Source of the DNA: a virus
Lineage: Duplodnaviria; Caudoviricetes
IMG/VR virus record: IMGVR_UViG_3300028886_000057
Coordinates: 32,001-96,000 of that record
Reading direction: 5' to 3' (one strand)
DNA length: 64,000 bases
Numbering within the stretch: the first letter of the stretch is position 1; each line of letters opens with the position of its first letter. Of the stretch, positions 11,277 through 20,506 are shown piece by piece. The notes below the pieces were generated by a model. The model made no database searches. It was not told the origin of the DNA and worked only from the letters and a program-made list of their open reading frames with translations. The translations under genes were made by a program, and so were the position numbers.

Positions 11277-11558
11277 TTAGTCGATCTTAACAGCGCGGCC
11301 CGCGTCGGTAAGCATATAGGTAACATACGGCTTATCAGCGGTTTCACCTTTCTTGTTGGTGAACGGACGGACCTGGGAACCCTTCTCGACGTAGCCACGA
11401 CGAACAAGAGAGTTCATAACGGGGTGGATGCCACGGACATCGGCGGCTTCGCCAAGGTCAGCACCGACCCATTCCTGGTCGTTCTCCTGAAGGAAAGCAA
11501 GAGCTTTCTTCGCGTTATCGGTAAGAGGGGTATCCATGATGGATTTCTTTTCTGCCAT
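11277..11558 (-). CDS. small winged-helix-like DNA-binding protein
   Basis: LTDNAKKALAFL...MNSLVRRGYVEK...YMLTDAG pattern; AAGGAG RBS. Confidence 0.6.
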   Translation of the reverse strand: MAEKKSIMDTPLTDNAKKALAFLQENDQEWVGADLGEAADVRGIHPVMNSLVRRGYVEKGSQVRPFTNKKGETADKPYVTYMLTDAGRAVKID

Positions 11559-11720
11559 GTTAAAATTTCTCCTTTATTGACAAAATGTTATTTATAAACA
11601 TCAGAAATCTTCGAGTTCCGAAATCGGCTAGATTATTTCTTTCCTTTTTCATTTCTGATAGTTTAATTTATCTGAATGGTTGAGTTTTTTCAAAATAGTT
11701 TAGCTATTTTTTAATTTTGA

Positions 11721-13895
11721 TTAGATGATTTTTTCGATAGCCTTGGCGGTCAATGCGGCGCCTCCAGCGGTTTTTGATTTCATACTAACCTTTTTAGCGA
11801 GGTCGATGGAGGCAATCTTGCCTTTAGAAAGGTAATATACCGTATCACGCCCAGTCACATTGAGCATGAACTTGTTACCTTCATTAATCGTTTGGCCTTT
11901 TGAGGTGCGGCTTCCAACCGTAAAGTCGCCCGTAGCCACTAATTTGCCTTTGCCGTCTTTATCGACGAATAAGATTGAGTCGTTCGCGCTCGCCACGACG
12001 GCTGCAACAATTCCGTCAAGCGCCGTAGCCAAGCCTTGCGTCATTTTCGACGCCGTGTTAAGCTCGTCAACCGCCAGCTTCAGCAACTTACCACTCTTGC
12101 CGAGCAATAGTACAAAGTCGGAGCTATCCGCAGTATCGGCCATGAGCAGCTCATCACCCTCACGAACCTTTAAAAGCTTACCTGCGCGATCAAAGTTCAC
12201 ATCCGCAGCCGCCGTTTTTTTCACGTAACCATCTTTGGTAACGGTGATAAGGAACTCACGGTCATTGCGGCCTACGCCAATCTTGGCTTCGGTACCGAGT
12301 GAGCCATCGGCGGCATAAGTAAACAGCTTTTTAGCACTGTTGCTTAATACGCATTGAAGCGCACCGCTGGTAGGCGGCAAAATGTCGCTCAAACGATCGG
12401 AATAGACAAAGAACTCGCGAATCGGCGCGGCGTGTTCGTCCTCAACCGCTTCGCTGCGGATCTCGGTACGACGTTTATCGCCGCAAAGCTTCGCCATTTC
12501 GGCCAACTGTGCCTTAATGATGCTGTTGCGACGCTCCTGATTTGCGATAATATCATTTTGGTTAACGATTTCGTTCTCCAAGTCTTTCTGTTGCGTTTCG
12601 AGGTCGGCAATATCGAGTCGGCTGAGGCGGCTTAACTTCATATCGAGTACTGCATCAGCTTGTTCTTCATTCAACTCAAATTCTTTCATCAACCCAGCTT
12701 TGGCGGCAGCGCGATTGTCCGCGCCACGAATCAAAGCGATTACTCGGTCGATGTTCGACATGCACTTCTGCAAGCCGATAACGATGGTCAACTTGTGTTT
12801 GACTTTTTCGAGATCGGTGCGCGCTACGCGAATGAGACAATTGTTGCGGTGTCTCAAATATTCTCTAATCATTTCGATTAGACCGAGCTGCCGCGGCTCG
12901 CCTTGAACCAACACAGTGTTGTTAATTTTAACTGTCTGCTCCAATTTCGTTTTGGAGTAGAGCAAGGCAAGTGCAATATCCGGGTTAACACCCTTATTCA
13001 AAACGACATGGAACTCGACATGCTTGTCGTCCGTATTATCTTGATAGTCATAGAAGAGGTCGCAGTTTTCCTCATTGACCAATTTCTTTAGCGGCACAAT
13101 AACACCGCTTTCTATTTCGACTTGATATGGCAAGTCAGTGAAAACAATCTCGTCACGCCCGTTCGTTTTGCCGAGACGGTAGTGCGCGCGGCAAGTGACT
13201 GAACCACGACCGCTTGTATAAATGCCGCCGAGCTTTTCGCCATCTACGATAAGCGCTCCCTCCGGAAAGTCCGGGCCGGGAATATATTTCATCAACTCGG
13301 CAACAGTAATTTCTGGGTTGTCAATACAAGCCGTAATACCAGCTACCACTTCATTAATATTGTGCGGCACTAAGCTCGCGCTTAAACCAACCGCGATACC
13401 CAACGAGCCATTGCAGAGCGTATTCGGAAAGATAGACGGCAACAAAACTGGTTCTTCTGTGGTGTCATCATAGTTCGGACGGAAATCAACGGGGCGCTTT
13501 TCCAAGTCGCGCAACATAAGTTCGCCCACTTTTGATAGGCGGCACTCGGTGTAACGCGAAGCAGCGGGTCCGTCGCCCAAAATGTTACCTACGTTACCTT
13601 GAACATAAACAAGTGGATAACGCATTTTCCACGGCTGGCCCAAGTGAATAAGCGCATCATAAACAGATGCATCGCCGTGCGGATGGTAGCTAGCAATAAC
13701 AGAACCGGTTACTTTGGCGCACTTAACTGTGGGCTTATTTGGCAACATTTTACCTTCATACATAGCCCACAAAATGCGGCGGGTAACGGGCTTCAAATTA
13801 TCCTCGACGTCACTGATGGCGCGGCTCTTAATGACCGCACCAGCATAAGTAAGGAAGTTTTCTTCTGCGTTTTTAATAAAATCTGATTTACCCAT
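11721..13895 (-). CDS. gyrA: type IIA topoisomerase subunit A (GyrA/ParC-like)
   Basis: LKPVTRRIL, YHPHGD, catalytic AASRYTE, GPDFP, degenerate C-terminal pinwheel. Confidence 0.93.
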   Translation of the reverse strand: MGKSDFIKNAEENFLTYAGAVIKSRAISDVEDNLKPVTRRILWAMYEGKMLPNKPTVKCAKVTGSVIASYHPHGDASVYDALIHLGQPWKMRYPLVYVQGNVGNILGDGPAASRYTECRLSKVGELMLRDLEKRPVDFRPNYDDTTEEPVLLPSIFPNTLCNGSLGIAVGLSASLVPHNINEVVAGITACIDNPEITVAELMKYIPGPDFPEGALIVDGEKLGGIYTSGRGSVTCRAHYRLGKTNGRDEIVFTDLPYQVEIESGVIVPLKKLVNEENCDLFYDYQDNTDDKHVEFHVVLNKGVNPDIALALLYSKTKLEQTVKINNTVLVQGEPRQLGLIEMIREYLRHRNNCLIRVARTDLEKVKHKLTIVIGLQKCMSNIDRVIALIRGADNRAAAKAGLMKEFELNEEQADAVLDMKLSRLSRLDIADLETQQKDLENEIVNQNDIIANQERRNSIIKAQLAEMAKLCGDKRRTEIRSEAVEDEHAAPIREFFVYSDRLSDILPPTSGALQCVLSNSAKKLFTYAADGSLGTEAKIGVGRNDREFLITVTKDGYVKKTAAADVNFDRAGKLLKVREGDELLMADTADSSDFVLLLGKSGKLLKLAVDELNTASKMTQGLATALDGIVAAVVASANDSILFVDKDGKGKLVATGDFTVGSRTSKGQTINEGNKFMLNVTGRDTVYYLSKGKIASIDLAKKVSMKSKTAGGAALTAKAIEKII

Positions 13896-14193
13896 TAATT
13901 TGCTCCATGAATGTTTTAAACCATTGTTTATGTTGTGCTACTAGTTCCTCGAAATTAGAACCAGTGAAATCTACAATACCTAATACTTGTCGGTTTGTCT
14001 CCCAAGTATCATCACCAGGCTCTTCTGGCGCCCAATCACTATATTCTTCGATAACTTGATTGTCTTTAATATAAAGGTCGCATTGGTTAAGAGTTCCCCA
14101 ACTACCAAAATACTTATCGTCACAATCATGTACTATATGTAGTTGATTGTTTTGATCGTGATATGCTACGTACATTACCAAGTTATCCTCCAT
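13888..14193 (-). CDS. hypothetical protein
   Basis: 101-aa ORF between gyrB and gyrA. Confidence 0.6.
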   Translation of the reverse strand: MEDNLVMYVAYHDQNNQLHIVHDCDDKYFGSWGTLNQCDLYIKDNQVIEEYSDWAPEEPGDDTWETNRQVLGIVDFTGSNFEELVAQHKQWFKTFMEQING

Positions 14194-14456
14194 TTATAGT
14201 GTCTACACCACTGACACGGCGAGTCGCCGACCATTGGATTACCAAATGCATCTCTTGGTCCATCTCGATTGGGACAGGTTAAGCACGGATCATTTGTGGT
14301 CGCGCCATTAATATTAATAATATAAATATTAATGTCGTTTTTTATATTATCGAACTGATCCAGGAAATCCAAAGTTGGAATCGCATCTTCATTGATATAC
14401 TGACGCCAATCAATATTATAACTATTCTTCACTGTCATCTTCATACGAATCTCCAA
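14175..14456 (-). CDS. small Cys-motif protein
   Basis: CLTC...CQWC; start may be 14444. Confidence 0.55.
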   Translation of the reverse strand: MEIRMKMTVKNSYNIDWRQYINEDAIPTLDFLDQFDNIKNDINIYIININGATTNDPCLTCPNRDGPRDAFGNPMVGDSPCQWCRHYKWRITW

Positions 14457-15048
14457 TCTCGCCCTTAATCTTGTGGCTTAAAATGAAGGAACGGCGTTTC
14501 TCGGCACTCTTGCCCATTAACGTATCGAACGCCAATAAGTCGGCTTCAATATCGTCAGGTTTAAGTTGAATGAGGTGACGACGTTCAGGATCGAGACAGG
14601 TGTCATATAACTCCTGCGGCGCCATTTCGCCCAAACCTTTGAAGTGAGTGCGCTCGCCAACCTTGTTACGAGCATCTTTTTCAGAGTAGTAGTAGTTCGT
14701 GCCGCGTTGGTTGGTAATACGGTAAAGAGGCGGCACAACCCTATACACTTTGCCGGCTTCAATTAGCTTCGGCAAGTGGCGAAGGAATAGCGCCTCAATA
14801 AGCAGCTGAATGTGGCCGCCATCGGGGTCAGCATCACTGAAAATAATGATCTTGTCGTAACGCAAGTTATTGATATTAAAGTTATCACCAACGCCGCAGC
14901 CAAGTGCGGTCAAGATATTCTTAACCTCTTGACTTTCAAGGGCGTCTGCGAGGTCGCGGCTCCAAGTGTTCAAAATCTTACCACGCAAGCCAAGAACCGC
15001 CTGATTCTGCTTGTTGCGCATAATACGCGCGTTGCCACTAGCTGAGTC
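14422..15048 (-). CDS. gyrB: topoisomerase subunit B, exon 2 (TOPRIM)
   Basis: Begins GAC TCA GCT AGT GGC (DSASG) in frame with the 14422..15021 ORF; LRGKILN, DADPDGGHI, FKGLGEM. Confidence 0.93.
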   Translation of the reverse strand, partial: DSASGNARIMRNKQNQAVLGLRGKILNTWSRDLADALESQEVKNILTALGCGVGDNFNINNLRYDKIIIFSDADPDGGHIQLLIEALFLRHLPKLIEAGKVYRVVPPLYRITNQRGTNYYYSEKDARNKVGERTHFKGLGEMAPQELYDTCLDPERRHLIQLKPDDIEADLLAFDTLMGKSAEKRRSFILSHKIKGEIGDSYEDDSEE

Positions 15049-15128
15049 CGAGCGCTAGCTACTCGCTGACTATTTCTTCATCTATATTATAGATGCCTAA
15101 CATTTCGAATTACGTACCAATAGTAATT

Positions 15129-15941
15129 CTACTCCCCAACAACGGGGATAGTCGATACAGGTATGTTATGCAATTCAGATAAATACTGCTGATGTAATGC
15201 TTCTATCTTGGCTTTATTTTTCGCCCTGCAACGATAGCCAGCATTACCATATAATGGATCCACAATGGACTGGCATACTTCTTGAAAAGTTTGCCAATCC
15301 ACTACTTGTTTAAATAATGGATACACCTTATTGTATTTAATTGGACCATAATATTTAAATATAATTACTAATTGATTTTTATCATTATCAGTTAATTGAT
15401 TACGACGTTTGGTGGCATATACTGAATGATCTGGTTTTGGATATTTGCCTACGTATTCTGGACAAACATCAAACCAACAATCATGCAGCCATACTTTACT
15501 AAATCCATTTCGCACTCCGCCAGGCATTTTGGCTTCATAATCTTTATATACATCTGATAAACGCTCTCCATTCATGCGGCGTCGACGAATTTCTCGAACG
15601 TCATCTTCAGTAATCAAGGCACGTGGATTATTCTCCCCTTTGACGCTAGGTAAGTTGCTAACATCATCACCGCCTAGAGTAGCATTATATCCATCATAAT
15701 AAGAATTATATATTTGAATATAATGTTGCTCTAATTGTTTCGCCTCTTCTCTAGTTTCGCATTGATCAATTATATCAACGGTGAAATTCTCCCATCCATA
15801 TTTTTGAATACTTAAATCAATAGGAGATTGAGGTGCGTCGTGTCCAGCACGATGTTGTTGCATACGTCGTTGGATGTTAACTGTAATACCAATATATGGT
15901 TTATTGGTAATTAAATTTGTAATTTTATAGATATATTGCAT
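15129..15941 (-). CDS. intron-encoded GIY-YIG homing endonuclease
   Basis: YIYKITN...YIGIT...R...H...E...GYNATLGG; AT-rich; looped out of P6a (GTTATGCAA/TTGCATAAC). Confidence 0.9.
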   Translation of the reverse strand: MQYIYKITNLITNKPYIGITVNIQRRMQQHRAGHDAPQSPIDLSIQKYGWENFTVDIIDQCETREEAKQLEQHYIQIYNSYYDGYNATLGGDDVSNLPSVKGENNPRALITEDDVREIRRRRMNGERLSDVYKDYEAKMPGGVRNGFSKVWLHDCWFDVCPEYVGKYPKPDHSVYATKRRNQLTDNDKNQLVIIFKYYGPIKYNKVYPLFKQVVDWQTFQEVCQSIVDPLYGNAGYRCRAKNKAKIEALHQQYLSELHNIPVSTIPVVGE

Positions 15942-15972
15942 AACTTCCCACGAGACTCCTTATTACTATATT

Positions 15973-16002
15973 AGTATAGTAATAAGTTACCCTCGTTAGC
16001 AA
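15973..16002 (-). promoter_or_regulatory. class-2 promoter inside the intron (TTGCTA-N18-TATACT)
   Basis: Same spacing and -10 as the other class-2 sites; lies just upstream of the endonuclease RBS. Confidence 0.65.
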
Positions 16003-16067
16003 ATCCGGTTGCAGAATCCGAACTTACCCCAGTGGTTACTGGATAGAAAGGTAAGGGCAACTCATTC

Positions 16068-17345
16068 ACCCTCTGTAATAAACAGTTCGCCGTGGCGGTC
16101 GGGGCAGTCACTCAACTTCTCTGGCATGTCGCGCAAAGTATTAAGGTTTTTACCGCCACTGACAACCTTTGCGGCTGCCGCTTTAGCACGTTTCGCAGCA
16201 TCTTCGGCCTTCTGTTCGACCTGGACTTTCTTAATAATTTCGTCTGCTTGTGTCTTGGTAAGAACTAACTTACCTATTGCCTGGGAACAGGCGGTGCGTG
16301 CTTCAGGACTGGTCAGCTTGAGCTTCGTTTGCTCTGCAAACTGCGGCCGCTGAACCATTTTTACACTTAGAATACAGAGGAGGCCGCGTCGGATAATCGA
16401 ACCATCAAAATTTTCACCTTCTTTGATAAATTCGAGCTCTTTGGCCTTCTTATTAATAAGCGAAGTAAAGCCGCTACGGAAACCCGTAACGTGAGTGCCT
16501 TCATCTGGGTTGTAGCCACCATTCGTGAAGGCGTAGAAGTGCTCGCCCGGCTTATCAATATATTGGAACGCATACTCGATGATGAACTCATCTGGCGTTC
16601 CTTTTGCTATTTCAACTTTGTTATAAATAGGTTTGGTTATAACCTTTTCGCCCTCGGCCTTTAGCGACAACATGTCTTTAATGCCGTTAGTGTAGTAGAA
16701 GTTGGCAATCTCTTTTGCTTCATGTCCTTTTTCTTCAACCAGTAGACGGAAGCGGATACCATTATTAAGTAGAGCGTGATACTGGAGTTTTTCTTTAATC
16801 AAATCAATATCCCACTTAATACCTTTAAACATAGTATCGTCAGGAATAAAAGATACTGTCGTACCGGTGTGTTTATGAGGCCCGTCTTTAATAATCGGCA
16901 ACCCCTCACCATTTTTAAATACGACTTCACACTCACCATCTTCACGAACTGAAATAACATGCATCCAGCTAGATAATGCATTGGTGACCGTGCCGCCTAC
17001 ACCATTTAACCCTAATGCGGATTTATAAGCTGTGTCGCCCTCAAATTTGCCACCAGCGTGCAGTCCTTGATAAACGGACAAGATGGCATATTGCCCATCT
17101 TTATTTTTACGGAATGGAACACCACGACCATGATCACGCACAATTGCCATATTACTTTCTGGTACAATAGTAACTTCTATACAGTCTCCATATCCGGCGG
17201 AGGCTTCATCCATTGCGTTACACACAATTTCCTCAAGCAAATGATGTAGCCCATTTACATCACAAGCCCCTATATACATCCCGGTGCTTCCCCGGATGCC
17301 TTCTCGCCAACTTAGTTGACGAATTGAATTTTCATCATATGCCAT
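16068..17345 (-). CDS. gyrB: topoisomerase subunit B, exon 1 (GHKL ATPase + transducer)
   Basis: GMYIG, EIVCNAMDE, DHGRGVP, LHAGGKF, GLNGVG, ends ELFITEG; spliced product 634 aa. Confidence 0.93.
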
Positions 17346-18120
17346 TAATGTTCTCCTTTATTCGTTGCTGATAATATTCTATTTGTTCTTCATTATAATC
17401 TTTTGGGAAAATCCAAGTTTTTTTACGTTTTAGATAAATTGGCAAATGTCGCCAGTTTTGACCGGAGATAATTGCGACAATTGTGCGTTGATGAATGTGT
17501 GCATATTTTTTAAATAAATATTCTCGATTGTAATGAACATAGTCTAATCTAATCTGAAAAACTTCTTCAGATTTTAATTCAGCTGAAGTATTATTTTCAC
17601 CCCATTGATTAGAAGTGCGACGATTATTATTTAACTGTTTATAATAATAATTATTATTTTCTTGAGTAAAAACTTCGGGCATGACCCAGCTCCATAAATT
17701 GCCCTTAAAAACTTCTCGGAAACTTTGTTCGTTGCCGTGTCCATATTTTTCAAAAACCTCTTTAAAGGATTTATAGTCGTGATTAGCGTAAATAGTTCGT
17801 AATTGTTTGATCTCGTCAACAGTATAAATGACATTGCTGCTAAGTCGACTGCCACGACCACCAATAGTACAATTATAACCATTATTATAAGTATCTAATG
17901 CGCTTATCCAATAACCTTCACGTTCATCTAACTGATCAACTGAACACTCTTCTATAATTTCCCAATGAAAATGTTCGGTTCCATATTTTTTAATAGCTAA
18001 ATCAATAGCAATATTGTCTTTACAACTAAAATGTTGTTTAATGCGTTTGATAATATTAACAGACTGCCCTACATACTGTAGTCCATTAATATCATTAGTG
18101 ATTACATAAATGCCAATCAT
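17335..18120 (-). CDS. free-standing GIY-YIG endonuclease
   Basis: GIYVITN...YVGQS...GYNCTIGG; GGAG RBS favours ATG 18120; overlaps the gyrB start. Confidence 0.88.
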   Translation of the reverse strand: MIGIYVITNDINGLQYVGQSVNIIKRIKQHFSCKDNIAIDLAIKKYGTEHFHWEIIEECSVDQLDEREGYWISALDTYNNGYNCTIGGRGSRLSSNVIYTVDEIKQLRTIYANHDYKSFKEVFEKYGHGNEQSFREVFKGNLWSWVMPEVFTQENNNYYYKQLNNNRRTSNQWGENNTSAELKSEEVFQIRLDYVHYNREYLFKKYAHIHQRTIVAIISGQNWRHLPIYLKRKKTWIFPKDYNEEQIEYYQQRIKENINGI

Positions 18121-18298
18121 ATACACTCTCCATGTATATTAATGTACATGACATGTGTATATTAAGGCAAATTTACTTGTCATTTTTTGCTCCTATAACT
18201 TTTACTAAAAACACGCCTAATATTGCCCAATTGAGGACTGCGGCGCATTCTGCTAATGTTGCCCATAAACCAATCATAAAGTACTCCTTTCTTCTATA

Positions 18299-18529
18299 TT
18301 ATGATTTAATTGTATATCCATGAGCTTGTGCCCATTGTACACACTCTTCTTCTGTGTCGGCTGCACAGATAACCCGTCTCTTGTCGCAAACCCAAATATC
18401 GCTAAGATAACCATGCGCTACGATCGCAAAATATGGATAAATATGCGCAATATTGTTGCCGGCATCTGTTACTATATAACCATTTTCATAATGACACCCG
18501 GTCGATGGGAATATAGTCTTTTTTAACAT
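18299..18529 (-). CDS. hypothetical protein
   Basis: 76 aa; AAGGAGG RBS; upstream TTGACT-N17-TATACT. Confidence 0.6.
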   Translation of the reverse strand: MLKKTIFPSTGCHYENGYIVTDAGNNIAHIYPYFAIVAHGYLSDIWVCDKRRVICAADTEEECVQWAQAHGYTIKS

Positions 18530-18624
18530 TATTATCCTCCTTATATTATAAGTATAAAAAAGACTTTCGTTGAAGTCAAGATATTTCTATCACAACTTCT
18601 TCAAAAGTCTGAAAAATAATAGTT

Positions 18625-18885
18625 TTAATGGCGCTTTTTGCGACCTTTTTGCACAATTGCGGTAATTAATAATACAACGCCGCTAATAATCATACAGAGT
18701 AGAACGATGCCAAGTCCGATCGCCGGACAAATCCAAAACGGGAACGTAGCCCAGAACCAGCCAATGTCAATAGTACCAACACCCTGCAAAATACAAAGAA
18801 TGATGCCGACGATAACGCCGACGCCGCTTAACGAGCTAGTGGGACCTGCGGCAACAGCGATTGCTACTGAACTATCTGACCGCAT
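18625..18885 (-). CDS. small membrane protein
   Basis: Two hydrophobic segments and a basic C-terminus. Confidence 0.65.
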   Translation of the reverse strand: MRSDSSVAIAVAAGPTSSLSGVGVIVGIILCILQGVGTIDIGWFWATFPFWICPAIGLGIVLLCMIISGVVLLITAIVQKGRKKRH

Positions 18886-19228
18886 TGGCCACCTTCTTTA
18901 CGGCGTCACCTGTCTTTTTTAATTTTTTCATTTCGTCCTGAGCAATTTGTTTGACATTGGCGAAAAATTCACGCTGCGCAGCGCGGTCGGTGCAAGGGAT
19001 TGTGCAGAAACGAGCCCAGAGCAATTTATAGTCGGCACGAACGCCGCGAGCCTGCATAGAAATGCAGAAGTCGTCAAATGAAGAATATTTGTTAAGGACG
19101 CCAGTTTTAGCGATAGCCATACGGGTCGCCTTGGGAAAGACGTCATGGTCAAGATGACGTTTTGGGCCGTGATTTTTGCGACCATTTGCGCCTTTAGAAA
19201 CTTTAGAAACGGGTTTACCTTTTGCCAT
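18872..19228 (-). CDS. basic hypothetical protein
   Basis: 118 aa, Lys/Arg-rich N-terminus, coupled to the glycosyltransferase stop. Confidence 0.65.
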   Translation of the reverse strand: MAKGKPVSKVSKGANGRKNHGPKRHLDHDVFPKATRMAIAKTGVLNKYSSFDDFCISMQARGVRADYKLLWARFCTIPCTDRAAQREFFANVKQIAQDEMKKLKKTGDAVKKVANAVR

Positions 19229-20415
19229 TATTTTTGTTCTCCTTTTTGTGTGGTAACAGGTGCGGGACCTTCGTGGATTACAAAGTCCCGTAAAATATTT
19301 TCAATCATATTATCAGGGGCGCCGAAGGCTTTACTGCATAGCTTGTAGTCTTCACCCGTGCGATGCGCGCCTAATAAGTGGTAAGCAACTGATAGGATTA
19401 CATACGGCATATAAGTCCAGCTAAACTCACGTTCGCACCAGAGACTCATTTTTACGCCGACACGCAAACCGGTCATGACCTGCTCAATTGCGCTTTGGCA
19501 ATCGCCGGAATAAATAAGGTCCCAAGCAAGTCCGAGATAGCCGTCGCGAGCGTTGGGAAGCGTGGCGATAGCCATGCGGTGGTATTCTTGCGCCTTGTCG
19601 AACTGACCAAGAGCACGATAGGCGTCGCCAGTATAGAGCAAGACGTCAGGCATACTGGCCTGATCCTTGTATTTGCGTGACCAAATGGCTGGAATAGCCT
19701 CATTGAGCGAGAAATCAACAACTTCTTGATACTTACCTTCCCAGAACTTCTGTGATAAGATATAAGTATAACTGAATACTTCATTTGGGAATTCGCGCAT
19801 ACGAAGTTTTAGAAGCTCGCCGTAATCAGCTTGGCGGCTTTTTTCAGGATCAGGGAAATGCTCCAGGAATGGCACAATATCATTAATATAAAGGCCACGG
19901 TGAATTTCAGCTAAATCATCATCAATTGTACCGATAGAAATACACTCATGAACCGGATACTTCCAGAAGTGCTTATGGTCGTTAGCGTGACATTTATCGT
20001 AAGTAAAAATCTTCGCCGGCATACCATTCTCGGTATGAGTCCAAGCGTATTGATACATGACACGGCTCTCGCCATTCCAACGGCTGCGAAGCACGTCTGC
20101 CCAACCAGCGACAAGCAACTCGTCGAAGTCAGTGCATAAGCATAGATCGGCGTCGTCAGGAATCAAAAGCATTGATTCGTTACGAGCGACATCAAAGCGC
20201 CAAGGAGTGATGACCTTTTGCTTAATAATACACTTTTGATAACCGGCCTGAGCATTAATTTTTTCAGCAATTGCCTGTAAATAGGCGTAGAACTTTGGTT
20301 GACTGCCAGTATCAAGAACGGTAATGTAGTCTGCCGGAGCTACATTTTGAAACCATTGGTCAACATATTTATTTTCATCTTTACAGATGGCATATACACA
20401 AATTTTTGTTGGCAT
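19228..20415 (-). CDS. GT2-family glycosyltransferase with TPR-like C-terminus
   Basis: ICVYAICKDE, VLDTGS, FDVARN, DxD (TDFDE), WKYPVHE, helical TPR-like repeats. Confidence 0.85.
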   Translation of the reverse strand: MPTKICVYAICKDENKYVDQWFQNVAPADYITVLDTGSQPKFYAYLQAIAEKINAQAGYQKCIIKQKVITPWRFDVARNESMLLIPDDADLCLCTDFDELLVAGWADVLRSRWNGESRVMYQYAWTHTENGMPAKIFTYDKCHANDHKHFWKYPVHECISIGTIDDDLAEIHRGLYINDIVPFLEHFPDPEKSRQADYGELLKLRMREFPNEVFSYTYILSQKFWEGKYQEVVDFSLNEAIPAIWSRKYKDQASMPDVLLYTGDAYRALGQFDKAQEYHRMAIATLPNARDGYLGLAWDLIYSGDCQSAIEQVMTGLRVGVKMSLWCEREFSWTYMPYVILSVAYHLLGAHRTGEDYKLCSKAFGAPDNMIENILRDFVIHEGPAPVTTQKGEQK

Positions 20416-20506
20416 ATCTTCCCTTTCATTAGTTATTTTATTCTATTCGATTAAATCGCTGAAATCAAAATAAAAAGCGCTCAAGTGAGCGCTTAGTAGA
20501 TTTGGC

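Larger units (their letters stand above)
15049..16067 (-). mobile_element. group I intron (IA2-like) in gyrB, 1019 nt
   Basis: Exon GAGGGU pairs with IGS GCCCUU (U.G at the splice site). P10 UGAGUU/GACUCA, P4 ACGAGG/UCUCGU, P7 GACUAU/AUAGUC with AAGAAAUAGUC, P7.1 and P7.2 hairpins, P8, P9, terminal G at 15049. Removal restores ITEG-DSASG. Confidence 0.93.

Noticed and set aside
14422-17345. gyrB as a pseudogene, naturally split gene or intein host
   Set aside because: The insert has an in-frame stop and no intein termini; group I structure and exact restoration of EGDSA explain it
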